NCBI GenBank assembly: GCA_043228905.1
Contig: JBHGNT010000001.1
Location: 15,996,001-16,060,000, forward strand
Length of the DNA: 64,000 nt
Direction: 5' to 3'
From: Azolla caroliniana
Lineage: Eukaryota > Plantae > Polypodiophyta
Positions 12,501 through 24,300 of the stretch are shown one piece after another. The number at the start of each line of letters is the position of its first letter. Positions within the stretch are counted from its first letter, which is position 1. A program made the translations under genes and the position numbers. Below the pieces are notes generated by a model. That model searched no databases, was not told where the DNA came from, and saw nothing but the letters and a program-made list of their open reading frames with translations.

Positions 12501-14811
12501 GAAGTCAAGGCCGACAAAGATTATCTTATCGGGACAGAGGTAATAATTGAGACAGACTACCTGCCGATCCTCGGAATGTTTCCGGATGCGCGACGCCGGA
12601 CCTGACCATGCTCAGGTGGATCGCGTACATCAAGTCCCTGAATCCAGAGATACGGTACATCTCCGGAAAGGATAACGCCATGGCCAACATGCTTTCAAGA
12701 GCGTAGTTCGACGACAAGGACGGCATGGTTTCGGAGGATGAAGAATTCGGCGAGGACTTCTTCGAGTCGGCTTACTTGAAAAGGGTAGCGAGCACCCCGG
12801 TGCTTAATGAGTTTCGCGAGGGTGAATACAAAGGGGAATGGCTCAGGATCGGTAGATTCCTGAAGACAATGACGTCGAACGCCACATGGACGAAAGACGA
12901 AGCTAACCGGGTCCAGAAGAAAGCGTACCGGTTCTTCTTGCGGGATGGGAACCTATGGAAGCATCCAAAGAAGAGAGGCGGCATCCAACTACGAGTAGTG
13001 GCAGGAAAGGAGGAGCGGGAGATGTTGCTTGGGGCGTACCACGAGAGTCCTTGGGCCGGACACTGGGCGACATGGGTCATGTTTGAGAAGTTGTAGGAGA
13101 AGTACTGGTGGTCGGGACTATAACGGGGCGTGCATCGGTTCGTAACAACTTGCGAAAGCTGTCAGATGCATTCCATAGTCCGACATCGGGACAAGCTACA
13201 CCCGATTTACCCGCCGACCGTCCACTTCAAGTAGATGGTGGATCTGGTGACGATGCCGATGGGGGTAGGGTAGATGCGATACCTCGTGCTAGCACGAGAG
13301 GATCTGACGAACCAGGTGGAGGGCCGAGCATTACCAAACAAGACGACCACGGCCGTGTGCCGGTTCCTAATCGAGGAGGTGATATGTCGGTACGGGTGCA
13401 TAGGGAAGATCGTAGCAGACTGAGGGGAACTGGATGCACAAGAGCCCGAAGAGTTATTTGAACAGTTAGGGGTTAAACTCTCGCTCACCACGGCGTACAA
13501 CCCGGAGGCAAACGGAAAGGTAGAACACACATGTGAAGGACAGGTCGGGAATTGGCCACGGCTCCTTCCTTACGCACTATGGGCAGACCAGACGACGCAT
13601 AGTTCAGTGACCGCGTACATGCCGGCAGAGCTGATGTACGGGGAGAAACCGATCATGCCGGTGGAACGGAAAATTTCCTCATGGGCAGCGATAGATTGGA
13701 CGAATGAGATGAGCTGGGAAGAATTGTTGGCAGCGCGGATTCGACAGCTCGAGCGAAGACCAGAGGACGTGGAGTGGGCAAAGGCGAAGTTGCAAACGGC
13801 GAGGGAGAGGAACAAAGGCCGGTTCGACCGAACACACTTGCTGTGGCCAAAAAAGATCGAAGAAGGTGACTCACTGCTGGTGTACGACAACAGCCTCGAC
13901 AACCAACACAAGGCGACGTGCAAATTCGTGAGGAGGTGGTTCGGGCCCTACGTTGTAATGAGCACGAACGACAATGGCACCTACCATCTTGCGGAGCTCG
14001 ACGAGACGCAGTTAATAGTGCCAGTAGCCGGGAAGCGGGTCAAGGTGTTCAAGAAGCGGCACAAGGACGAGCCAGACCTGGGGAGCGAGGACGACGATGA
14101 TGACCGGTTCAGAGCGGGTGGCGAACCAGAGAGCGAAAGATAATCGCTGGCCGGTTTTCTCCGGTAGAATTCTATTCTAGAGCATACCGAAGGATTCGCG
14201 TCCCAAGGAGGAATCGATGGGTAGTGTGCATGAACCGACCCTTACACACGGGCACATGTTTTGGTGTATTCACATAGTTAAGTACAGGTCAGCAATTTAA
14301 TTATCCTAGGTAGCATGAATTCGTTAAGTAGGGGGTCGAAGAGGATCTCTGTCCGGAAGGACATAGAATAAAAGTGATGTAACAGTCTGTAACGGCTCTC
14401 TCTCCTTATGCTATAAAAGGAGAGGAAAAGGGGGACAGTGGGGGATCGCGCATTTTTTTTAAGACGAAGTGATGTCGGATTAGGAACCGAGCTCTCTCCT
14501 CCACTGTCGCTATTGCTTCTGTAGGGATTTTGGGTTAGGTTGGTTGCCTCTGCTGCGTGAAAGCCCGTGTGCTTCCGGTAGAAGCTCCACTGCGTATTTC
14601 AGCACATGTGTTCGTTTGTGTTGAGTCTGTCACCAGCTTGCCAGTTGTAACATTGCAAGCTCTGTGATCTATACTATTATTGGAATTGATTCTTTCATTT
14701 CTATCTCTCTGTGTTTCTGCGAATCTCTCTCCCTCTTCTCTCTCACGCTCCTCAGTTCAGGGCCTCCACGGTCCCGCCTTATTTCATACGCGAGAGCGTA
14801 ACAACACGACA
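9570..14811 (+). mobile_element. Ty3/Gypsy element E (same lineage as H): degenerate gag-PR-RT-RH-INT and 5'-truncated 3' LTR
   Basis: LIDHSSEINLM protease, FIQDLQ/GDLY RT, VDTSPTGIGW RNase H, YNPEANGKVE and WFGPY integrase; ends ...cacgaCA like H/I LTRs; PPT apparently deleted near 14190. Confidence 0.88.
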
Positions 14812-15473
14812 ATGCGAGAGTGGAAAGAGAAACCGGCTGGAAGCTAAAGGCGGTTCGAGTGGACAATGGAGGAGAATATTGGGGGCAGTTCGAGGAGTAT
14901 TGCCGGTCGAAGGGAATCCGGCTCAAATTTACCGTGCCGAAGACACCGGAACTAAATGCGCTGGCTGAACGGATGAACCGGACCATAATGGAGAGAGTTT
15001 GAAGCATGCTAGCACATGCCAAGTTACCCAAGATGTTTTGGGCTGAGGCACTGATGACGGTGACCTATGTGATAAACAGATCACCCTCAGTACCCTTGGA
15101 TGGAGACTCACCATAGAGAGTATGGACCGGTAAGGACGTGTCTTACCAGCATCTGAAGGTGTTCGGCTGTCTCGCTTACGTGCATGTGGCGAAGCACAAG
15201 AGAACAAAGCTGGATTCGAAATCCCGGCCATGCATATTCCTTGGATACCACAATGATGAGTTCGGTTACTGGGTGTGGGATCTGGTCGACAAGAAGGTGT
15301 TCGGGACTCGGGACATAGTCTTCATGGAAGATAGGACAAATGCCGACTGGGAGTCGGAGAAGAAGGTGATGAACTCTGGATCATCCAATGAAAACCAGCT
15401 TGAGGACACAAGGATATACCCGGTTGAAAACCGGATGTTAGCCGGTATTCGGATGACACTCAACGAACCGGCC

Positions 15474-15508
15474 GAAGAAGAAGAAGAAGAAGAAGAAGAA
15501 GAAGAAGA
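15474..15508 (+). repeat. (GAA)n microsatellite giving poly-Glu in the Copia INT-RT linker
   Basis: gaagaagaa... run read directly. Confidence 0.9.
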
Positions 15509-15595
15509 CACCGGAAGCGGACAAGATCCCGAATCGGATGAGGATGAGGAACAAACAGAGGAAAAGGTAGTTAGAAACCAAGGACGGAGATATCC

Positions 15596-16051
15596 TATTA
15601 GAGATATGCCCTAATGTAAGCATATGATAAGGATAAAAGAATGATAGATAGATAGAAAGGAGAGAGAGAAAGAAGGGTATCCATCCACCCGACCACCCCT
15701 GAGCGAAGGGATTGAGACGGACTCGAGCCTCGATCGGCGTCCCATACCACCGCCGTGTCGTCGAGTCATACCTGGTGCTAGCGCGCTCACTACAAGAGTT
15801 GACCCACCACGAAACAGAGTCTCGACATAGTCAAAAGATGATGAAATGAGGGTAGCTAGGCCTCTTATTTATAGTGATACCCAAGGCCCCCATGCAATTT
15901 CACACTTGGCCTAATGGGTTGTCTCAATCCCGAGGATTAAAAGTAATCCTCCCCTTCTTTACACTCTCATTTAACCCTCACACTTATCCACGTGTATAGA
16001 ATACTAGGGTAAATTCTCACCATGGGATATTATATGGTCATGCCTGTAACA
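15596..16051 (-). repeat. 3' LTR of G
   Basis: Near-identical to 35697-36156; adjacent to PPT. Confidence 0.92.
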
Positions 16052-17754
16052 TACTCGCCCTCTTTAAAACATTGCACTCCTACAATCGAAAGTTAGGGAA
16101 GTTAGTTCTGAGAGTATTTTCGCGTTCCCATGTGGCATCTTTTATTGATTTATCCATCCATTTTATTTTATATTCTCGGATTTCTTTAGTACGTAATTTC
16201 TTTGTTTTAACATCGAGAATTCTCTATGGTACATGTGGTTTAGAAAATAATTCTTCAGAAGTAACCAGAGTTTCAATTGTAACTGTATTGTTGCTAGAAC
16301 CTAGAAGTTCTTTTAGACAACTCACATGAAAAACTGGATGAATTTCAACACCATCGGGAAGTGAGATGATAGGCTCATGACCCAATGCATTTGAGGACTG
16401 TAAAAGGTCCACAAAACCGTGGGGCTAACTTAGCGCACTTACCCTTAGGCAATGTCTTAGAATTGTGAGGTACACATAAAAATACCTTTTGTCCAGGGTT
16501 GAGTACACGAGGTTTCCTATGATGATCGGCATAAAAAAACGCTCTATCTTGAGCTGTTTTTATATTATCTCATGCAATATGCAACATATCTTGCATATCC
16601 CGAAGAAAGTCTTGCGTACTTCACAACTCATCATGATGTATATTAACATCAATCGGGGCTCGTGGCTGAAAACCATACATCAACATAAAAGGACTATATC
16701 CCGTCGATGTATGCTTGGAGCTGCTATAAGCAAAGTCCAAAATTGGGAGATAACGTTCCCATTTTGTTGGTTTTGTACCAACGTATGCTCGAAGCATGTC
16801 CTCAATAATTTGATTTACTCGTTCTGTCTGTCCATTGGATTGAGGATGATCTGTGGAGCTCATGCTCAATGTAGTTTCTAATTTCTTAAAGACTTGCATC
16901 CAGAAGTCACTAGTAAACTTTGGATCTCGATCACTCACGATATCCATCGGTAACCCATAAAAACGAAATAACTTGTCAACGAATTGGTAAGCCAATTCAG
17001 GAGTTGTTACCGTGGTTTTAGTAGCAATAAATCTAGCCATTTTAGTTAGAACACGTTTGTATTCACAAGTGGAAGGATCGCGCATAAATTGAAGGATAAG
17101 GAATATTCAGTTTGATTTTAGTACTTTTTCAGTGATAATACAAAACACATTGATACTAGTATCATACATTCTCAAATATACTATGAAAAAGGTTAAAATC
17201 CACCATTTTCGTGATTTAAAAATAAATAAATAAAGTGAAATTTCAAAATGTTACATTCTCAATTTATATCACAAACATTACAAACAATGTTTTTTTTATA
17301 AGAAACGATATTCATTGGAATCGAAAGAATTCAAAACACATGACAAGTCTATCAACCACAATCGAGATGGCATCATGGCCTTTTTGGGTGCGAGGAAGGC
17401 TAACAATAAAATCCATGGATATACTTTCCCACTTATTATTGAGAATGACCAAGGGATGTAAAAGTCCTCCGGCTTTAAGTCGCTCGGCTTTGTTAACCTA
17501 ACATTGGTGACATTTAGCCACACATCTATGTATGTCATGATGCATCTTAGGCCAATAGAATTGAGTGGAGATGAGAACGAGTGTACAATGTATTCCAGGG
17601 TGGCCTATTGAGGGTGCATCATGGCATTCAAAAAGAATTCTCTTTTTGACCTCAGGTAAATCTAGAACAAACCTTCCCATTACGGTAGAGCAGACCGTTA
17701 GCAATGTGGAAGTATTCCTTCGAGGATGTGGTGGTGTCTGATCAAGATTCAACT

Positions 17755-18209
17755 TGTTACGGGCATGACCATATAATATCCCGTGGTAAGAATTTACTGT
17801 AGTATTCTATACACGTGGATAAATGTGAGGGTTAAACGAGAGTGTAAAGAAGGGGAGGATTACTTTTAATCCTCGGGATTGAGACAACCCATTAGGTCAA
17901 GTGTGAACTTGCCTGGGGGCCTTGGGTATCGCTATAAATAAGAGGCCTAGCTACCCTCATTTGATCATCTTTTGACTACATTGAGACTCTGCTCTTGTGG
18001 TGGGTCAACTCTTGTAGTGAGCGCGCCAGCACCAGGTACGACTCGACGCCACGACGGTGGTATGGGACGCCGATCGAGGCTCGAGTCCGTCTCGATCCCT
18101 TCGCTCGGGGGTGGTTGGGTGGATCGGCACCCTTCTTTCTCTTTCTCCTTTCTATCTATCATTACTTTATCCTTATCTTAAGCTTACTTTAGTACTTAGA
18201 TCTATAATA
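17755..18209 (+). mobile_element. Solo LTR of the G family, inserted antisense into G pol
   Basis: Reverse complement of G LTR; TSD CAACT at 17750-17754 and 18210-18214. Confidence 0.92.
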
Positions 18210-18554
18210 CAACTCTTGCCCAGTATTTCGCAAAATAACTATCATTAGGATACTTTCCTCGAAGGTGATCGTAAACATCTGATGTTATTTCAGTGAAGCT
18301 AAGGATGTTAACTTCACAGATGCGACTTAGTGCATCAGCGACAGTCTTCATGGAACCTTTACGATATCATATGTAAAAATCAAAGTCCTGGATAAGATTA
18401 GCCCATCGTGCCTTACGACCTTTCAGGTCTTGTTGGTCACAAAAATATTTCAAGGACTCGTGGTCCGTAGTTACCACAAAGCGATTTCCATAAAGATAAT
18501 GCCACCATGTTTTGAGTGCATGTATAACTGCAAATAACTCTTTTTCTTGAACGG

Positions 18555-19412
18555 TGTCGTGCCTTTCGGCTCCGGATCGTTGCGTGAGTCGGGTGGGAAC
18601 CACTGAGGTTTTGGACTAGGAGAAAGAAGAATATGAGATAAGTCTAGTAATGAACAGGTAGAAAGATAGGTAAGTTATGAATCTCGTGAATCCCACGAGT
18701 TTAGTGTATTTAATCAATATTTAGATAGTAAGAGACAATTTTTATGATAAACTCGTGAATCCCACAAATATATTAGATTGATCAATCCTTGTAAATAATC
18801 AACAACCTATACATCTTTCTCTCTTCTTTATATAGTGTTGGAAGAGTCCAAGTTTATCACATGCAAGCATCACGCTTTTCCTAACTTTAGTTTTCATGCA
18901 CATTGCATGTGCATGATTAGCTTTCTATCCCATCTTTTCTTTTAACTCGAGTGTGTATGCATGAATAACTTTTTGTACCATGCATATCTAGAATATTTAT
19001 ATGGGATAAAGTTTAGTATAACTTTAAAATTTATAATATGCTAGTATAGTGGTAAGGCTTAAAAATCGTTAACATGGAGGTACAAGGTTCGAATCTTGCC
19101 TTATGCATGTAACAATCTTTTCTTCTATTTACAAATTTGTCTCTTCATCTGGTGAGAGACTCTCACCAGCCTTCTTTATCTGGCCCTTGCCGGTTCTGGT
19201 TGATCCGGTTCTTACTGGGTCCCCTTACCGGTTCCATCCTTCATCCGGTTCTCACCAGTTCCTCCTTACCGGTTCCTCCTTACCGGTTCCTCCTTGCCGA
19301 TTCCATCCTTCATCCGATTCTCACCGGTTCCCCCTTACCGATTCCTCCTTGCCGGTTCCATCCGGAGGGACAAAATGCAATTTTCACATAGTGTGCGAAT
19401 TACACTACGACA
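18555..19412 (-). repeat. 3' LTR of H
   Basis: TGTCG...CGACA termini; matches 29804-30634. Confidence 0.93.
19036..19121 (+). ncRNA. tRNA-like Pol III cassette in U3 of H 3' LTR
   Basis: A box TAGTATAGTGG (19042-19052), B box GGTTCGAATC (19086-19095), TTTT at 19118-19121; no complete cloverleaf. Confidence 0.7.
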
Positions 19413-21308
19413 CTCGCCCCCTCCAAACCCGCACATCCTCCGGTATGTGCCGAAGTTCCCGATGCCTGTTGTTCGTCTTCATCCATAGCACTACCCAATT
19501 CCTCCCTTATATCAACCATCAATTGTAGACCACTTTCTTCGCTTTCCGCATCACCGCGATCTTTGTCCGATTGCTCCTTGTTGTCGGTCTTGTCTAGGGT
19601 TACATGGGTTCGTCGTCAGTCCGCTTCTTCAAGATCTTTACCCGTTTCCCCGCTATAGGCACTCGTAGTATCGTCCCATCCAACTCGCATAGTCAGTAAG
19701 TTCCGTTGTCGAAAACTTCCATATCGTTGTATGTTGATGATCCAGACTACTGTCATAGACAATCACCCAATCTCCTTCTTCAATCTTCCGCGGTCGTAGT
19801 CGATGTTTTGTGTCGAATCGGCTTTTGTTCTTGAATCGCACTTCTTGTTGTCGGCGTGTTGCTTCCGCTATGTCTTCCGGTCTTCCCTCTAGTTGTTGTA
19901 TCCGGACCGCTAGTAGTTCTTCCCGGCTCATCTCTTCCTTCCATGGTAGCATTGTCCATGTGGCGATCACGGTTTCCGTCGGCATTACCGGTGCTTGCCC
20001 GGTCATAAGTTCTGTCGGCATATAACCGGTTACGGAGCTATGCATCGTCCGACCCACCCATAGTGCATATGGGAGCATTTGCGGCCAATCCTTCACCCTT
20101 CCGTCGCATGCTTTGGCAAGTGCTTTGACGATCGGACTATGTCCTCGTTCGATTTTCCCGTTGGCCTCCGGATTGTATGTCGTTGTTAGTGTTAACCGAA
20201 CTCCATGTTTGGTGAAGAATTCCCTAGATTTATCAGAGTCGAGTTCTCCCCGATCCGCAATCACTTGTCCTATGCACCCGTACCGGCAAAACACCTCCTC
20301 CAAAAGAAATTGGCATACCGTAGAACACGTTTTTCTTCGTAGCTCCCGACCTTCTACTTGGTTTGTGAGATCTTCCCAAGTTAACACCAAGTACTTCTTT
20401 TGTCCGATCCCGGTTGGCATGGCTACAATATCGACCATCCATTTGAAGTTGATTGTCGGTGAGAATGTCGGATGTAACTCATCTTGGTGGCAAATTCCGG
20501 AGTAGATTTGACACTTCTCGCAACTTTCCGTGAACTCCGCTATATCTTTGTACATATTCTTCCACCAATATTTTTGTTTGATTTTCACAAAAGTTGCCCA
20601 TGTCCCTCGATGTCCAGCCCAATCAGATTCGTGAAACTCGGACATTATCCAGTTTCGTTGCTCTTTCATCCCAACTACCCTAAGTGGTATGCCATCCAGT
20701 CTTTTTGGCTCCCTCCATATTAATCCATTTTTCAAGAAGAACTTTTGGACTTGCCTCTTCTTCCTTCAGATCTCGGTTCTCTTCTCTTTATCGTCTGATG
20801 ATTCCTCAATCTCTTGTAGCACCTTCCCGATCATCAAGCTTTCTCCCTCGTATTCTTCTTCTCGGAATTCTCGGATTACGTTTACTCGGTATATGTGCTC
20901 CGAAGCAAAGTAGTCTTCAAAAACTTCTTCATTATCGGATTCGGCTATGTCGTCTCCGAACCAGGCCCTTGATAGCATATCCGCTACCACGTTGTCTTTT
21001 CCGAAGATGTGTCGTACGTCCAGGTTAAGCGACTTAACATATGCAATCCATCTTAGCATAGCCACATCCGGTATCATGCAACACCGCATCATCCCGAGTA
21101 CCAGAAGACAATCCGTTTCTATCACTACTTCGGCTCTGATCAAATAATCTCGATCCGATTTGATTACCGACACGACTCCCCATAATTCTCTTTTGACTTG
21201 TGCATATCCATGTTGCCTTTCGTTGAGAACCTTTGCTCCGAATCGGATCGGATATCGCAAACCATCCGAGTCAGCTTGATTGGTATCAACCATTACTATG
21301 ACTGGTCG

Positions 21309-24300
21309 TGTAGTTCAAATCGTTGCCGGCCACAACCGGTTGTACGTGTGCGGAATAATAGTCAATCTAATGGAAGAAGAAAACAGAATACAGAAACTGA
21401 GAATGACACAAATTTTAACGTGGAACCCCGAACTAGGAAAAAAACCACGTGGAGTCCACAAACTCCGAAACAAAACACTATGAGAGAAAGGAATACAATC
21501 AGAGATCTCAGAGGCAACGACCTCAAGATTCTGCTTCGCCAACTGGCCGCACGCTTCCACTCACACTCGTTCACTCTGATAGTTATAGAGGCAACAACCT
21601 CGTCAACAACAACTTTACAACAACGCACATTTCTAACATAATTGCCCTAAGTAACCTTTCGACTATTTACAAGTTTAGCCCACGGGGGCAGATTCAGCCT
21701 ATTTACAAACTTAGCCTTCCGTGTTGGCTATCTCCACGATTTCCGGATTCGGCCTCGGCCAAGTTGTTCATCAACCCGGTTCTTCTCACTTCCCATCCGA
21801 CGGTAGAGGCATATGGAACCTTCATCATATCCGCCTTCTCTGCTTTCGTCTTCGGGCTTTGCTTACCAGATAATCTGCAGTTTTTTGGGAGTGTTGATCC
21901 GACCGGTTTTGCTTCTAACATGTTGAACCGCTGAAGCACCTTTGTCATATATTTCTCCTGTAACGACCACAATTGCTTCTTTGACCGGTCCCGGATGATG
22001 TGCATCCCCAGTATCTGTCTTGCCGGGCCCAAGTCTTTCATTGAGAAAGTTCGGTTGAGATCCTTCTTCAGCATCCGTATTTTGGCTTGGTCCCGTCCGA
22101 CGATCAACATGTTGTCCACGTATAGAAGGAGTATCAGGAAGTCATTTCCTTTGAACTTCTTCACAAACACGCAGTGATTAGTTTGCGTTTTGTGATACCC
22201 TTGGTCAGTCATGAAGGAGTCGAACTTCCGGTACCATTGTGTCCGTACAGGCTCTTCAACCAGCAAACTAGGTGCTCCTTCCGTTTCTCCACGAATCCTT
22301 CCGGTTGTTGCATGTAGATCTCCTCTTCGAGGTCACCGTGAAGGAATGTCGTCTTCACGTCCAGCTACTCTACCCCGAGGTCCATGCTTGCCGCTATACT
22401 CAGCACCATCCGGATGGAAGTCATCTTTACTACCGGGGCAAATATCCCGTCGAAGTCCATGCCCTTCTTCTGCTGGAACCCCTTCACCATGATCCTGGCT
22501 ATGTATATCGGGGGGTTATCGGCATCTCCCGGTTTCAACTTGTACACCCACTTGTTTCGGAGTGCCCGCTTTCCTTTCGGCAACTCCACCAATTCATACG
22601 TATGGTTCTCATGCAAGGAATCCATCTCATCCCGCATGACACTTAACCATTTGCGGCTATGGGCATCACTTTTAGCTTCCTCGAAGCTTTCTGCCTCCCC
22701 CTCATCGGTTAGCAACATGTGCTCTGGATCCGGAAATCTCCGGGGGGGCCTTCTCTCTCTGAGAGGATATCTACATCCTTGGGCTCCGGTAACCGGCTTC
22801 TCCATTTGCTCTTCATCCGAATCCGATTCGGGGTCTTGTCCGGTTTCGGTTTCACCTATTCCTTCTTCTTCGGCCGGTTTTTTCTCCTCACCGTCACCGG
22901 CCGGTTCATCGAGTGCTAACCGGCTTCTTGCCGGTTGGAACTGCATTTCATCAAATCGAAATTTTTCCTTACCGGTCGACTCGGAGTTCATTATCTTCTT
23001 CTCCAACTCCCAGTCGGCGAGCATCTTGTCCTCCATGAAGATAATATCTCGACTCGGAAAACTTTTTGGTCGACCGGGTCCCACACTCGGTAGCCGAACT
23101 CATCATCGTTGTAACCGAGGAATATGCATGGTCGGGTCTTCGGATCTAACTTTCCTCTCCGGTCCTTAACTACATGCACGTACACAAGACACCCGAATAC
23201 CTTCAGATGCCGGTAGGACACTTCCTTACCGGTCTAGACTCTCTTCGACATGTCTCCGTCCAACGGTACTGAGGGTGATCTGTTTATCACATATGTCGTC
23301 GTCGACAGTGCCTCAGCCCAAAACTTCTTGGGTAATTTTGCATGCGCCAGCATACTTTGGACCCTCTCCATTATGATCCGGTTCATCCTCTCGGCCAGCC
23401 CGTTTAGTTCCGGCGTCTTCGGCACAGTAAATTCGAGCCGGATTCCCTTCGAGCGACAATACTCCTCGAACTACCCCTGGTATTCTCCTCCATTATCTGC
23501 TCGAACCGCCTTCAGCTTCCAGTCGGTTTCTCTTTCCACTCTCGCGTGGAGCTCTTTGAAGATGGATAGCACCTGATCCTTCGTCTTCAACGATGTGGCC
23601 CACAGCTTCAGGTTGTGGTCATCTATGAACGTCACGAAGTACTGCGATCCGGCATGCACGACTTTGTGTCCACTTGACACACATAAGTATGCACCAACTC
23701 CAGTGGTGCATTATGTCTCATCGGTGGCCTCGATCGGAAGGAGGTCCGGTTTTGTTTACCGGCCAGTCAATTAGTGCACTTCTCGAAGTGCACGTTCTTC
23801 ACTGGAATGAGGTTGTCATCTGCAAGCCTCTTCATCCCCTTCTCGCTCATGTGACACAGCCTCTTGTGCCACAACTCACTGGCAGTGTCGGATGCCACAT
23901 TCACTTCCTCCGGACATAACCGGGCATTCATCAGGTACAAAGTGATGACATTCCGGGCCCGAGCCACAATCGGGCTCCCTTTGCTGAACTTCATAACACC
24001 GTTCCGGATGCTACCCGTGTAGCCTTCATCATCTAGCCGACCGGCTGATATTAGGTTCAATCGAACCTCCGGAACATGTCGAACATCCTTCAGCAGCATC
24101 TTGCATCCGGTTGATGTCGTCAACCACACATCTCCTATGCCGACAATTCGGCATGTACTTTCATTCCCCATCCGAACACGGCCGTGGTCACTGGCCGAGT
24201 AGGATGAGAAGCATTTTCTATCTGGGGTCAGGTGGAACGATGCTCCGGAATCGACCACCCAAGTCATCTCGTCGTTGGCAAGATTCAACTCACTCTCCTT

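Noticed and set aside
18060-18100. GGCTCGAGTCC B-box-like word in G-family LTRs and GGTTCGGATCC in the C LTR
   Set aside because: No convincing A box at tRNA spacing; not conserved in sister LTRs
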